Shown here piece by piece: positions 25,661-39,165 of a stretch of 64,000 bases of DNA (positions within the stretch are counted from its first letter, which is position 1; the number at the start of each line of letters is the position of its first letter). The notes under the pieces were generated by a model that ran no database searches, was not told the origin of the DNA, and saw only the letters and a program-made list of their open reading frames with translations. The stretch is from Octopus vulgaris (Eukaryota). The stretch spans positions 46,438,001 through 46,502,000 of the forward strand of contig OX597828.1 in the NCBI GenBank assembly GCA_951406725.2, given 5' to 3'. A program made the position numbers and the translations under genes.

Positions 25661-26072
25661 TACTCTTTTACTCTTTTACTTGTTTCAGTCATTTGACTGC
25701 GGCCATGCTGGAGCACCGCCTTTAGTCGAGCAACTAGACCCAACGACTTATTCTTTGTAAGCCCAGTACTTATTCTATCGGTCTCTTTTGCCGAAACGCT
25801 AAGTGACGGGGACATAAACACGCCAGCATCGGTTGTCAAGCAATGCTAGGGGGACAAACACAGACACACAAACACACACACACATATATATATATACATA
25901 TATACGACGGGCTTCTTTCAGTTTCCGTCTACCAAATCCACTCACAAGGCATTGGTCGGCCCGGGGCTATAGTAGAAGACACTTGCCCAAGATGCCAGGC
26001 AGTGGGACTGAACCCTGAACCATGTGGTTGGTTTGGTTAGCAAGCTACTTACCACACAGCCACTCCTGCGCC
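25661..26072 (-). mobile_element. SINE family A, full length (tRNA head, CORE-like motif, internal microsatellite, GTAAAAGA tail)
   Basis: A box TGGCTGTGTGG, B box GGTTCAGTCC, CTTGGGCAAGT as at the start of the CORE-SINE domain. Confidence 0.9.
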
Positions 26073-26209
<137 letters not shown>

Positions 26210-26211
26210 TT

Positions 26212-26330
26212 ACTTACAGCCATATCACGTTGAAAGCACCGGTTCTCGTTCGATCACCGAAGTTAAGCAACGTCGAGCCTAGTTAGTACTCAGATGGGTG
26301 ACCGCTTGGGAAACCTAGGTGCTATAAGCG
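26212..26330 (+). rRNA. 5S rRNA: 5S rRNA copy, probably a pseudogene
   Basis: 119 nt ACTTACAGCCATATCACGTTGAAAGCACCGGTTCTCGTTCGATCACCGAAGTTAAGCAACG...GATGGGTGACCGCTTGGGAAACCTAGGTGCTATAAGC; two mismatches in helix I, altered box C, no T4 terminator. Confidence 0.9.
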
Positions 26331-26341
26331 TCACACATTTA

Positions 26342-26496
26342 GGCGTAGGAGTGACTGTGTAGTAAGTACTTTGCTTGGGAACCACATGTGTCCGGGTTCA
26401 GTCCCACTGCGTGGCACCTTGGGCAAGTATCTTCTCCTATAGCCTCGTGCCGACCAAAGCCTTGTGAGTGGATTTGTTAGACGGAAATATATATAA

Positions 26497-26550
<54 letters not shown>

Positions 26551-26780
26551 ATGTGTGTGTGTGTATATATGTTTGTGTGTCTGTATTTGTCCTCCTGACA
26601 TCACTTGACAACCGATGCTGGTGTGTTTACGTCCCCATAACCTAGCGGTTCGGCAAAAGAGACCGATAGAATAAGTACTAGGTTTACAAAGAATAAGTCC
26701 TGGGGTCGATTTGCTCGACTAAAGACGGAGCTCCAGCATGACTTCAGTCAAATGACTGAAACAAGTAAAAGTGAGTAAAA
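26342..26780 (+). mobile_element. SINE family A, full length
   Basis: Same architecture as 25661-26072. Confidence 0.9.
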
Positions 26781-26954
26781 AAAGAATATACATATATAAA
26801 TATATATATGTATTGATACACACACACACACACACACGCACACACATATATATATATATTTCCTTTTCTAGTTTCATCTCGAGAGCTGCGACCATGCTGG
26901 ATCACCGTCGTTCGCTTTGCTACACTTTCACTACTCGATATCTCCTCTGGTGAG

Positions 26955-27585
26955 TGGCATTTGATGAATGAGGTAAGTTCATCTGGAACTCTTGACCAGA
27001 GAAGATACAGTTTCGTTATCAAGACGCCTACATTCACTCCATGAAGGTCGTTCAGGTTTTATGGGATATAGTGAAGAGCTGTGGGCAGTTGAAGCCCAGA
27101 CTTCTTGTAGTATATGGTACTGTATCCTGACTGGCCTTATTGGAATTCTTAGTGCTATGCAGTGAAAACACGTTCTGGGATTTGTATAACTTGACAATAC
27201 CTGAGTTTTGTACAAAGCCGTCTAGAATATTCCAGATGCATATTACTGCTTATTTTTCTATCTTTCATTCTAGGGAGTAGAGTCTTAAGTTTGTCAGTCT
27301 CTCCCAGTAGCTGACATATCACTGAATTGCTTCCAGTTCCATCCTTAATTTTATACTGCTTTGTAAGCACTAATCCAAACGGCTGGGGAAGAATGCCCTC
27401 CAGTAACCATCATAGTTTCCTCTTCTCTCGTACTGGAAGTTCGGAGGATCCATCCGGCCAACCGTCAGCATTTTATAGCCAAATTACTAATATACACCTG
27501 GAAAGATGGATTATTCCTCATATCGATGCACAGGCCACGCTCTGATTTTGATTCGGTTATTGCAATACCTCCAGTCTGCTTTTCA
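26955..27585 (-). pseudogene. CR1-type LINE ORF2 C-terminal remnant
   Basis: Minus-strand pieces RLAGWILRTSSTREEETMMV, SYTNPRT, SLGFNCPQLFTI, DLHGVNVGVLITKLYLLWSRVPDE; many stops and frameshifts. Confidence 0.75.
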
Positions 27586-27742
27586 GTGATCTTCGTTAGT
27601 ATTGGTGTGTGTGTGTGTGTGTGAGAGAGAGAGTGTGTCTGTGTGTGTGTGAGAGAGAGAGAGTGTGTCTGTGTGTGTGTGTGTGTAGTGTGGGTGAGTT
27701 GGGGTGCATGTACGTAAACATATGCGTATATCTATATGAATA

Positions 27743-27782
<40 letters not shown>

Positions 27783-28339
27783 TATATACGTATGCACATG
27801 TGTGCCTTATGTATTTATGCATGCACATATGTGTGTCTGTGCGTATGTGTGTAAGTGTGTATATGAAATCACTACCGTGATGCAGAAGCCATTATGATTA
27901 TAGATTAGAAACCGTTACAATTAATATATACATGAAAATAGGTTTCAAGCATTTCTCAGATATATGCGAAACGTCTAACCGTGATATTATAGAGTTTATT
28001 TCCCACATAATAACTCTTAATGATACAAAACTGTCTGTTGGGTTTTTCATGTTACCTATTAAATCAAATAATTTTGCTTGGCGTTTTAGATATTTAAGCC
28101 TATGTTACTGAATATATTTTGCTAATTTTACCATTTGATGTTATTCACCCCAAATAAAACCATTTATGTATTAAAACGAAAGCTGTGCTATAGTGTTATG
28201 TCTTATTTGACATATGATATTCCATGTCATATGAAACTTTTTGGTAATATTGGTTTCAGTTATTAGCAATCATACAAAGAATCAATTGAATATCATGCAT
28301 ATTCCGTAAATAAATAACCATTTGTTTTATATATTTTCC

Positions 28340-29312
28340 TCTTCTACTCTTGGGACAAGGCCCGAAATTTTGGGAGAGCCTAGCCAATCGATTAGACCGA
28401 CCCCAGTATGCAACTGGTACTTAATCTATCGACCCCAAAATGACGAAAGCAAAGAACTCGGCGGAATTTCAGTTCAGAACGTAAAGACTGACGAACTGCT
28501 GCTAAGTACTTCGCCCGGCGTGCTAACGTGACATTTCTTTATTGCATACAAGGGGCTAAACATAGAGGGGACAAGCAAGGACAGACAAACAGATCAAATC
28601 GATTACATCGACCCCAGTGCGTAACTGGTACATAATTTATCGACCCCGAAAGGATGAAAGGTAAAGTCAAGCTCAGCGGAATTTGAACGTAACGGCAGAC
28701 GAAATACCTATTTTGTTACTACCCACAAGGAGCTAAACACAGAGGGGACAAACAAGGACAGACAAACGGATTAAGTCGATTATATCGACCCAGATGCGTA
28801 ACTGGTACTTATTTAATCGACCCCGAAAGGATGAAAGGCAAAGTCAACCTCGGCGGAATTTGAACTCAGAACGTAAAGTAGACGAAATACCTATTTCTTT
28901 ACTACCCACAAGGGGCTAAGCACAGAGAGGACAAACAAGGATAGACAAAAGGATTAAGTCGATTACATCGACCCCAGTGCGTAACTAGTACTTAATTTAT
29001 CGACCCCGAAAGGATGAAAGGCAAAGTCGACCTCGGCGGAATTTGAGCTCAGAACGTAACGGCAGACGAAATACCTATTTCTATTTCTTTACTACCCACA
29101 AGGGGCTAAACACAGAGAGGACTAACAAGGACAGACAAACGGATTAAGTCGATTATATCGATCCCAGTGCGTAACTGGTACTTAATTTATCAACTCCGAA
29201 AGGATGAAAGGCAAAGTCGACCTCGGCGGAATTTGAGCTCAGAACGTAACGGTAGACGAAATACAGCAACGCATTTCACACGGCGTGCTAACGTTTCTGC
29301 CAGCTCGCCGCC
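28340..29312 (-). mobile_element. SINE family B tandem array (~5 units of ~183 bp)
   Basis: GAAATAC recurs at 28701, 28884, 29068 and 29258; head at the right end. Confidence 0.9.
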
Positions 29313-29317
29313 ATATA

Positions 29318-29872
29318 CAGGGTCAGGCAAAATGATCTGACACATTTGTAGGTTAAATAAAAGGCATTGTTTTTCGTTTCTTTTTCAGTTGCTGCCATGA
29401 ATTGGACTGGTGAGCATCGCGCTTTCATTGTGGAAACGTTTATCAAAAGAAACGATTCTGTAACTGCAACACAAAGAGCGTTCCGTTTGCACTTCAATCT
29501 TGGTAGACATGATCCCGTACCAGCTCAAAACACGATCTTGTTATGGGTTACCAACTTCAGAGCTACTGGATCTGCATTGAAACGAAAATCAACCGGCCGA
29601 CCTCGCACCGCCAGAACTTAAAGATGCAATTCGTCAAGAAATTTCTGCCATTCCACATGAAATGACCCGCTGAGTTATTGACAACTTTCGTGAACGACTT
29701 CGACAGTGTGTGGACAATAATGGATCCCATTTGACTGATTTAATTTTTAAAACATAATGAAACAAAATGGCAATATATGTACTTTTCAAAAATAAAAACA
29801 CATTTTTGTTTCTTTACTTCATTTGCCTTTTATTTAACCTACAAACGTGTCAGATCATTTTGTCTGACCCTG
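29318..29872 (+). mobile_element. Internally deleted Tc1/mariner-superfamily element (555 bp) with ~49-bp TIRs and TA TSD
   Basis: TA-CAGGGTCAGGCAAAATGATCTGACAC...GTGTCAGATCATTTTGTCTGACCCTG-TA; N-terminal HTH MNWTGEHRAFIVETF..GRPRTART (ATG 29397) joined to C-terminal LKDAIRQEISAIP..CVDNNGSHL. Confidence 0.92.
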
Positions 29873-30422
29873 TATATATGAGATATACCATTACGTATCA
29901 GCCATTGACCAACATTCCCATATCATATTAGCACCATATTTATCTCGGTGAAGTATGTTATGTCGTCATTCTTATCTGTGTCTACTAGCCACCAGTGTCG
30001 CCGCTTATATCTCAACTACAATAAGGCTGATCCCTACTTCAGTTGTGACACAATAATTTCTAAAGGAAATTACATTATAAATTGCAGAATTATGAGAAAT
30101 TCCTGTTATTTTTTATTATTCTATTGTATTTTACACGTTTTTTTTTGTGGGAATATTTACATAAGAAATAAAGCATTATATTTATTCTCTTGATTCTAAT
30201 TGGTGAAAGTTTAACGATAAACTAAACTGTGTGATATACCTATAGAAACACAGTAAGAAATAGAGATAGAGAGAAAAGTGCTTGTATGCATACGTAAATA
30301 CACACAGACACAAACACATATTTGTGTGGGTGTGTATGCATACACACACACATATATTTATATGTTTGTATATAATATATAATATATACACATAAATATA
30401 TATATATTTATACACACACACA

Positions 30423-30495
<73 letters not shown>

Positions 30496-30498
<3 letters not shown>

Positions 30499-30658
30499 AG
30501 TAAGTAGCTTGTGTGGTAAGTAGCTTGCTTACCAACCATATGGTTCCGGGTTCAGTCCCACTGCGTGGCACCTTGGGCAAGTGTCTTCTACTTTAGCCTC
30601 GGGCCGACGAAAGCCTTGTGAGTGGATTTGGTAGACGGAAACTGAAAGAAGCCCGTCA

Positions 30659-30694
<36 letters not shown>

Positions 30695-30990
30695 TGTATG
30701 TATGTATGTATGTATGTATGTATGTATGTATGTATGTATGTATGTATGTATGTATGTATGTGTGTATATACGTTTCTCTCTCTATGTTTGTCCCCCCCTG
30801 CCCAACATCGCTCGACAACCAACGCTGGTGTGTTTATATCCTCGTAACTTAGTGATTCGGCAAAAGATACCTATATAATAAGTGCTAGGCTTACAAAGAA
30901 TAAGTCCTGGAGTCGATTTGCTCGACTAAAGGCGGTCCTCCAGCATGGCCACCGTCAAATGACTGAAACAAGTTACAGAGTAAAAGAGTA
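30496..30990 (+). mobile_element. SINE family A with internal (TATG)n
   Basis: Matches family A. Confidence 0.9.
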
Positions 30991-31014
30991 TATATATATA
31001 TATATATATATATA

Positions 31015-31125
31015 TTGGTCTGCTCGCTTAGCCAGCGGGGTGGCGTCATTCGAAGGCTAAAATGCGAACGCATTGTGACCAGCGATGTGTAAAAAAACAT
31101 CTGATGGTCTAATCGGTCACGTGAT

Positions 31126-31133
<8 letters not shown>
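31015..31133 (+). mobile_element. Isolated alternative SINE tail
   Basis: Reverse complement of 13857-13980; ends GGTCACGTGATCACGTGAT. Confidence 0.75.
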
Positions 31134-31174
<41 letters not shown>

Positions 31175-31539
31175 CAATCGTATATTGTGCCCTAAAATAA
31201 AATTTTCCGTGTATTAATATCTGAGATTTCTTAGCGTCTTGCCCCTTTAACTGGTAATTAACACTATGATTTAAAGTCTTCCGCTACATTTACTTTATAT
31301 CCAATTGACTACTCCTAATATCTTCTTTCTTTGCTGAGGAAAAGGGATGCATATGACAATATTTATGGCCATACTTAGCCATGAGTTGTCAACTCACTCT
31401 CGTACTTCTAGTCTTAGATTCAATAGTTGATATAAAATTTTAAATAAATCATAAATGAACTACAATCCTTTACAATACATTGACCCAAATAGGTTTCATG
31501 CGATTCTTGGAAGTGTAGTCTATTCTTAGCTACAATAGC

Positions 31540-31751
31540 GACAACATGTATTTCTTCCATCTTCTGGCTCTTTTAAAATATTAGAGAAAAATTATATTAA
31601 TGTGCCCGAACTGTTAAAATTCTATTTATTTATTTGTGCAGCTGAAGATGTCATTGCATTTTAATTGATGTAATGATTGCATTGTTAAATTAAATGGAGC
31701 CGCTTGAAACGGTCGTATCCATCACTACTTAATATCCTGTTGCTTATTTTG

Positions 31752-31752
<1 letters not shown>
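31540..31752 (+). mobile_element. Short element with a decayed long-stem-II hammerhead-like motif (family H4); second copy at ~59700-59910
   Basis: CTGAAGA 31642-31648, AT-rich hairpin, GAAA-CGGTCG-TA 31706-31717; second copy lacks the GAAA half. Confidence 0.5.
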
Positions 31753-31829
<77 letters not shown>

Positions 31830-31906
31830 ATGTATATATATATATATATATATGAAAAAACAAGTCAAAAATAGAAAATGCTAAGATGATTTTATAGTGA
31901 ATCTTT

Positions 31907-31944
31907 CAGTACCGGTTTCGGTCATTTTGAGACCTTTTCAACTG
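31907..31944 (-). ncRNA. Minimal hammerhead with U3-A8 core variant (family H5)
   Basis: Minus strand: CAG-TTGAAAA-GGTC-TCAAAAT-GACC-GAAA-CCGG-TA-CTG; palindrome ACCGGT. Confidence 0.7.
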
Positions 31945-32093
31945 TAACGATTAAATAATTAAATTTAGAAAAATTAGAAGAAAAGTTTTTTTAAAAGAAT
32001 ATTTCTGTAGTAGTGTTCAGATATAAGTAGCATTCTGCCTTTCTCTGACTCCCTTGTTTGTGTATGTATATATATATATATATATACACACAC

Positions 32094-32164
<71 letters not shown>

Positions 32165-32374
32165 GGTGCATATATGCCTATATAAGAATGTTTGCATGTA
32201 TGTATACTTGAATATGTACGTGCGTTTCTTACACACGCAGTTATAAGTGTATTTAAAAATAATGACAATATTTACTTCTTAAGTTAATCGCATTCCTTAG
32301 CTCTGTCTCCTCTCTCTCCCACTCTGCCTGTCTATCTCTGTCTCTGTCTCTGTCTCTGTCCCTCTGTCTGTCTG

Positions 32375-32422
<48 letters not shown>

Positions 32423-33090
32423 TCTTCAGTTTACATATCCACATACTTTTCATTACGATGAAATTCATTTGAAAATTCCAAACTCCTACGAATCCCTCAG
32501 TTTTCAATCTATTTGTTTGCCTTCCCCCCCCCCCTCTAATAAATATATTTTTGATTCCATCCTAAAAGAATATACAAAACAAAATACTTACAAGACTACG
32601 TTGACAAGGTTTGCAAAGTCTCAGCGACGCCAAGAGACAATGGCTGTGTCAACTGTACGATATTTGCTGCATTCTCTTCGAAAAGCCTTATTTTTTAAAT
32701 ATATTTTCTCCATTTCAATTACATAATGGTACATATATTGTTCACTTATTTTCGTATTTGTATTTACTTACTCGATTTTTTACATTGTTTAAGCAAAGTA
32801 AGTGATTTGGAAATATTCATAATGCGTCTTTAGCTTATCTGTTTAAATAGTTACCTAATTATTTGTCTTCCTACTGATATTGGTACACGCATATACACAC
32901 ACATACATACATACATACATACATTCATACACACAAAACCACATGACATAGAACCCACGCACAGAGGCCTATATATATATATCGATGTGTGTGTGTGTGT
33001 GCGCGCGCCCGTGTTTATGTGCGTGTGTGTGTATACGTACACAATATACACGTATGTCTATATATGTATACATATTTATACATATATAAA

Positions 33091-33965
<875 letters not shown>

Positions 33966-33984
33966 GAACAAAAGTATATATGTA

Positions 33985-34102
<118 letters not shown>

Positions 34103-34439
34103 GTTGTGTATGCCTCGGTGTATGTATCACAATGAAGTATATTTGTTCGAATTAACCTTACAAAGATCTGCCCCAGCATGGCTGCTAATACAATGACCCA
34201 AGCAAGAAAAAATATAAGGGATAAAGTGTATAAAAGATTTTAATCTAAGAAATGATCTAAGATTCCAGGTGCGGTGAAGTAATCTCTTTTGAGCAATGAG
34301 GATCAAATCGAAATGAGAAATGTAGATAATCTTAAGAAAGAAGAATTTTCCTCAAAACGAAATATCATAAAGACAATCCGATTGTCAGCGAGCAAGTAGA
34401 TATCTGTGGACAAGTCTTTCTTAATATCACCCTTTATAC

Positions 34440-34578
34440 GTGTCAATACTCGTGAACTTTTTTTCCACTCTCCTCTTTCTGACGAAGAGCTAAGTTCGGA
34501 ACGTTAAAAACTCACCCTTTTCTCAACTTTTGCTGAGCGTCAAGCTAAATCATTCCAAATGTACATCCTCTTGTTGGC

Positions 34579-34580
<2 letters not shown>
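34440..34580 (+). mobile_element. Degenerate H3-related element with mutated hammerhead
   Basis: TTT-CTGACGA(34479)-A-GAGC-TAA-GTTC-GGAA-CG-TT-AAA. Confidence 0.6.
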
Positions 34581-34628
<48 letters not shown>

Positions 34629-34644
34629 TTCATTATTATTATTA

Positions 34645-34693
<49 letters not shown>

Positions 34694-34714
34694 TATTGTT
34701 TACAGTTCTATATT

Positions 34715-34870
34715 TAAGAGATGAGGAATTATGTACATTATTCACATTACTTACATTATTTTCATTAGACGGGTATTCATCTTGTTTGTTGTTAACACAA
34801 CGTTTCGGCTGATATAGCCTCCAAATTTGGGAAAATTTCGAACTTGAGTTCTCATTCCTAGGTTTCAATG
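34715..34870 (-). mobile_element. Second copy of the 16070-type pseudo-LTR, CTGATGA half deleted
   Basis: GTTAACACAACGTTTCGGCTGATATA and AAATTTCGAAC..GTTCTC.TTCCTA shared with 16120-16202. Confidence 0.7.
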
Positions 34871-34904
34871 TTGTTGTTGCTATTATTATAATTATTATTA
34901 TTAT

Positions 34905-34960
<56 letters not shown>

Positions 34961-35027
34961 ATTATTATTAGTAATGAGTTAGTGGTTTTCCCGGAGAATA
35001 GAAACAAATATTGGATTTGTTCTAAGG

Positions 35028-35390
35028 TTGGAGCACCGCTTTTAGTCGAGCGAATCGACCCCAGCACTTAGTCTTTGTAAGCCTAGTACTTATTCTATCG
35101 GTCTCTTATGCCGAACCGCTAAGTTACGGGGGCGTAAACACACCAGTATCGGTTGTCAAGCGATGTTGGGGGGACAAACACACACACACATACATATGTA
35201 TATACATATATATATGTATACATATATACGACGAGCTTCTTTCAGTTTCCATCTACTAAATCCACTCACAAGGAATTGGTCGGCCGGAGGCTATAGTGGA
35301 AAACACTTGCCCAAGGTGCCACGCAGTGGGACTGAACCCGGAACCGTGTAGTTGGTAAGCAAGCTACTTACCACACAGCCACTCCTGCGC
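35028..35390 (-). mobile_element. SINE family A
   Basis: Matches family A. Confidence 0.9.
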
Positions 35391-35788
35391 TAAAAGATAA
35401 AAAAAAGTTAAAGTATCTCCGATTATAATCACCTGTAGGTACCATTCAAACTGATTTACATGTTAAGACCTGTTATTTAACTACATCCTTTTACTTTTCC
35501 ATGTTATTTTCATTTTGCGTGACGTAAAACAGCAAAAATTAGCAGTTCTTGTAGTATATTTACTTCAGAAATGCTTCTTCAATCCTTTAGTGCATAAGAT
35601 TCGAGATGAAGTAGTGTTTTATTCGTGTCATTTTGTTTTGATGGCTTTATAATGTGTTCGGCATTGTTTAGAATCATTAAGTATCTGAAAGAGATACAGT
35701 ATATAAAATGTACTATAAAAGTTTCATTTATACACACATCCATAAACACTGACATATTTATCTATCTCTTTATTTGTCTGTCAGTCTG

Positions 35789-35825
<37 letters not shown>

Positions 35826-35969
35826 TTGTCTGTCTGTCTATCTATCTATCTGTTTATCTATCAACCAATTTACCTGTCTACACTCGTAGCCAAAAGGTCG
35901 GAACATAGTTTTGAACTCGGAATTTTTTAATTAAACGTGTGTGGCACGTGGAAATTCTACAATTCTATA

Positions 35970-36367
35970 GGCGCAGGAGTGGCTGTGTGGTAAGTAGCTT
36001 GCTTACCAACCACATGGTTCCGGGTTCAGTCCCAACGCGTGGCATCTTGGGCAAGTGTCTTCTACTATAGCCTCTGGTCGACCAAAGCCTTGTGAGTGGA
36101 TTTGGTAGACGGAAACTGAAAGAAGACCGTCGTATATATGTATACATATATGTGGGTGTTTGTGTGTGTGTGGTTGTCCCCCTAGCATTGCTTGACAACC
36201 GATGCTGATGTGTTTACGTCGCCGTCACTTAGCGGTTCGGCAAAAGAGACCGATAGAATAAGTACTGGGCTTACAAAGAGTAAGTCCCGGGGTCGATTTG
36301 CTCGACTAAAGGCGGTGCTCCAGTATGGCCACAGTCAAATGACTGAAACAAGTAAAAGAGAGTAAAA
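35970..36367 (+). mobile_element. SINE family A, full length
   Basis: Matches family A. Confidence 0.9.
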
Positions 36368-36922
36368 CAAAGAGAGTTATCTTTAACATTTCTCTCTTTC
36401 TCTTTACCTCTCATTTCCACTATCCACATAAGTGACACCATAATGCATCGACTGGCTATCTGCTCTCTCACTCATTCTCACAGTACTCCTTCCTCTCTCT
36501 TACTCCACCTCTTCTTCCCTTTAAGAAACTAACGCTAAAAAAGTAAACTAATAGGTAGAATAACATTATAGATTTTGTTCAATAAAGAAAAATACTTTCC
36601 GCTTACACCACACCACCAACAACAACGACACCACAACCGCCATCATCACCACAATAGTTTTCAGTAACAAAGCTGATTTCAGTTCAGCTGTTTCTTTATA
36701 TCTACTTTTTCTTGCTGTCGATGTATGTCTACTCTGACAATACAAACACTATCTGCCTCCCTCTCTCTTAATGTAACAACCTCTCCTGTCCATCTCTCTC
36801 TATCTGCATTTCTGTAACCGCACCACTAGAACATCACCTCTACTAAATACCGTATCTTAAATATATCCCTTTCTCTTTACCTTTCGCTCCCCACCCTACG
36901 GTACGTTGTTAACACTTCTCTT

Positions 36923-36960
<38 letters not shown>

Positions 36961-37450
36961 ACTCTCTCTTTTTCTTACCCACTTTTCTTTCACCGTCATT
37001 TTCTCTCGCTCTTCGCTTTCTCTTCAACTTATTCTGTGATACATTTGGACAAATTTGTCTACTCCTCCCTCACTTCTTTCTTCTGTACTCACACTCTTCC
37101 TCCTCCTCCTCCTCTCTGTCTCTCACTTTTACTCAGCCTCTTACTCACTCAACGCCCAACTCTCTAACTAAAGTATAACGGGCGAACGAACAAGCAAATT
37201 ATTATATGGATACCCAAATTTAATTTGAAAACCATTTCGGCTAATTTTTTTTATCGTGCCTATTTTTTCTTCTATGTATTGAACAATTAGATCAGTTATT
37301 AGGTAGGTATATCTCTACGTTGTATGTATTCGAATCGAATTGTTACTGGTATAAACATTTTTGTTTTAAAAAAATGTTCCAAACTTTTAGACTACTACTG
37401 CACATGTTGAAATGAAAAAATACTAATGGAGAAAAATAGAGAAGTATACA

Positions 37451-37647
37451 CTTTTACTTATTTCAGTCGTTTGACTGCTGCCATGCTGGAGCACCGCCTT
37501 TACTCGAGCAAATCGACCCCAGGACTTATTCTTTGTAAGCCTAGTACTTAACCTATAGGTCTCTTTTGCCGAACCGCTACGTTACAGAGACGTAAACATA
37601 CCAGCATTGGTTGTCAAGCGATGTGGGGGGGGAGCAGAGACACACAT

Positions 37648-37694
<47 letters not shown>

Positions 37695-38108
37695 TACGAC
37701 GGGCTTCTTTCAGTTTCCGCCTACCAAATCCACTCACAAGGCTTTGGTCGGCCCGAGGCTATAGTAGAAGATACTTGCCAAGGTGCCACGCATTGGGACT
37801 GAACCCGAAACCATGTGGTTGGTAAGCAAGGTACTTACCTATTTTTTTATTACCCACAAGGGGCTAAACACAGAGCGGACAAACAAGGACAGACATAGGT
37901 ATTAAGTCGATTATATCGACACCAGTGCGTAACTGGTACTTAATTTATCGACTCCGAAAGGATGAAAGGCAAAGTCGACCTCGGCGGAATTTGAACTCAC
38001 AACGTAACGCAGAAGAAATACTGCTAAGCATTTCGCCTGGCGTGCTAACGTTTCTGCCAGCTCGCCGCCTTATAGCAAGGTACTTACCACACATCCACTC
38101 CTGCGCCT
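37451..38108 (-). mobile_element. SINE family A interrupted by a SINE B insertion
   Basis: Head resumes after 38074. Confidence 0.9.
37840..38073 (-). mobile_element. SINE family B monomer with 15-bp TSD
   Basis: AGCAAGGTACTTACC at 37825-37839 and 38074-38088. Confidence 0.92.
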
Positions 38109-38560
38109 AAGTATATATATTTTATTATAAACACGTGCGTATATCCAAATAAAACCTGAAATATGAAATTGCTATGTAATGTTAATATAATCAATAGATG
38201 GAGAATGAAAATTTTCAGAAATGAAATCCGGATGGGAAATGTAAATGAAAAGAAGGATGACGATAATAACGATAGATTTAAAGTTAGGAGACTGTAGAAA
38301 GATTAATAGAAATTCAAAACGTAAACAAAGTGATAGAAAGAGACGAAGACAGACAGACAGACATAGAGAGTATGAGAGAGGGTGGAAGAGACAGCGTTGC
38401 TGTGAAGCTGTAGAGAAGAAATGGATATAAATGCCAGACGTTAAAAAAAAATAGCATGTCATAGTGGACAGAATTTTTTTCTTATTATTAGTGTGCAGGG
38501 AAAATATTCAGGGATATTGAAAACCACATTTACCTGAGAAAAAATATAGGTATATATATA

Positions 38561-38720
38561 GCGCAGGAGTGGCTGTGTGGTAAGTAGCTTGCTTACCAAC
38601 CGGGTTCAGTCCCACTGCGTGGCATCTTGGGCAAGTGTCTTCTGCTATAGCCCAGGGCCGACCAATGCCTTGTGAGTGGATTTGGTAGACGGAAACTGAA
38701 AGAAGCCCGTCGTATATATG

Positions 38721-38757
<37 letters not shown>

Positions 38758-39165
38758 TTGTGTGTCTGTGTTTGTCCCCCCTAGCATTGCTTGACAACCG
38801 ACGCTGGTGTGTTTACGTCCCCGTCACTTAGCGGTTCGGTAAAAGAGACCGATAGAATAAGTACTGGGCTTGCAAAGAATAAGTCCCGGGGTCGATTTTG
38901 CTCGACTAAAGGCGGCGCTCCAGCATGGCCGCAGTCAAATGACTGAAACAAGTAAAAGAGTAAAAAGAGTATGTATAAAAACTGGCAATTGTAAGAATAT
39001 ATATATGGAGTGCCTGTGGGGAAAGTAGCTTGCTTATCAACCACATGGTTTCGGGTTCAGTCCCACTGCGTAGCATCTTGGGTAAGTGTCTTGTAGTATA
39101 GCGTCGGGCCGACGAAAGCCTTGTGTGTAGATTTGGTAGACGAAAACTGAAAGAAGCCTGTCGTA
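38561..39165 (+). mobile_element. SINE family A (38561-38970) followed by a second 5' half (39007-39165)
   Basis: Matches family A. Confidence 0.85.

Noticed and set aside
28340-29312. CRISPR-like regularly spaced repeats
   Set aside because: Whole ~183-bp units repeat with no unique spacers; eukaryotic SINE array, no cas genes
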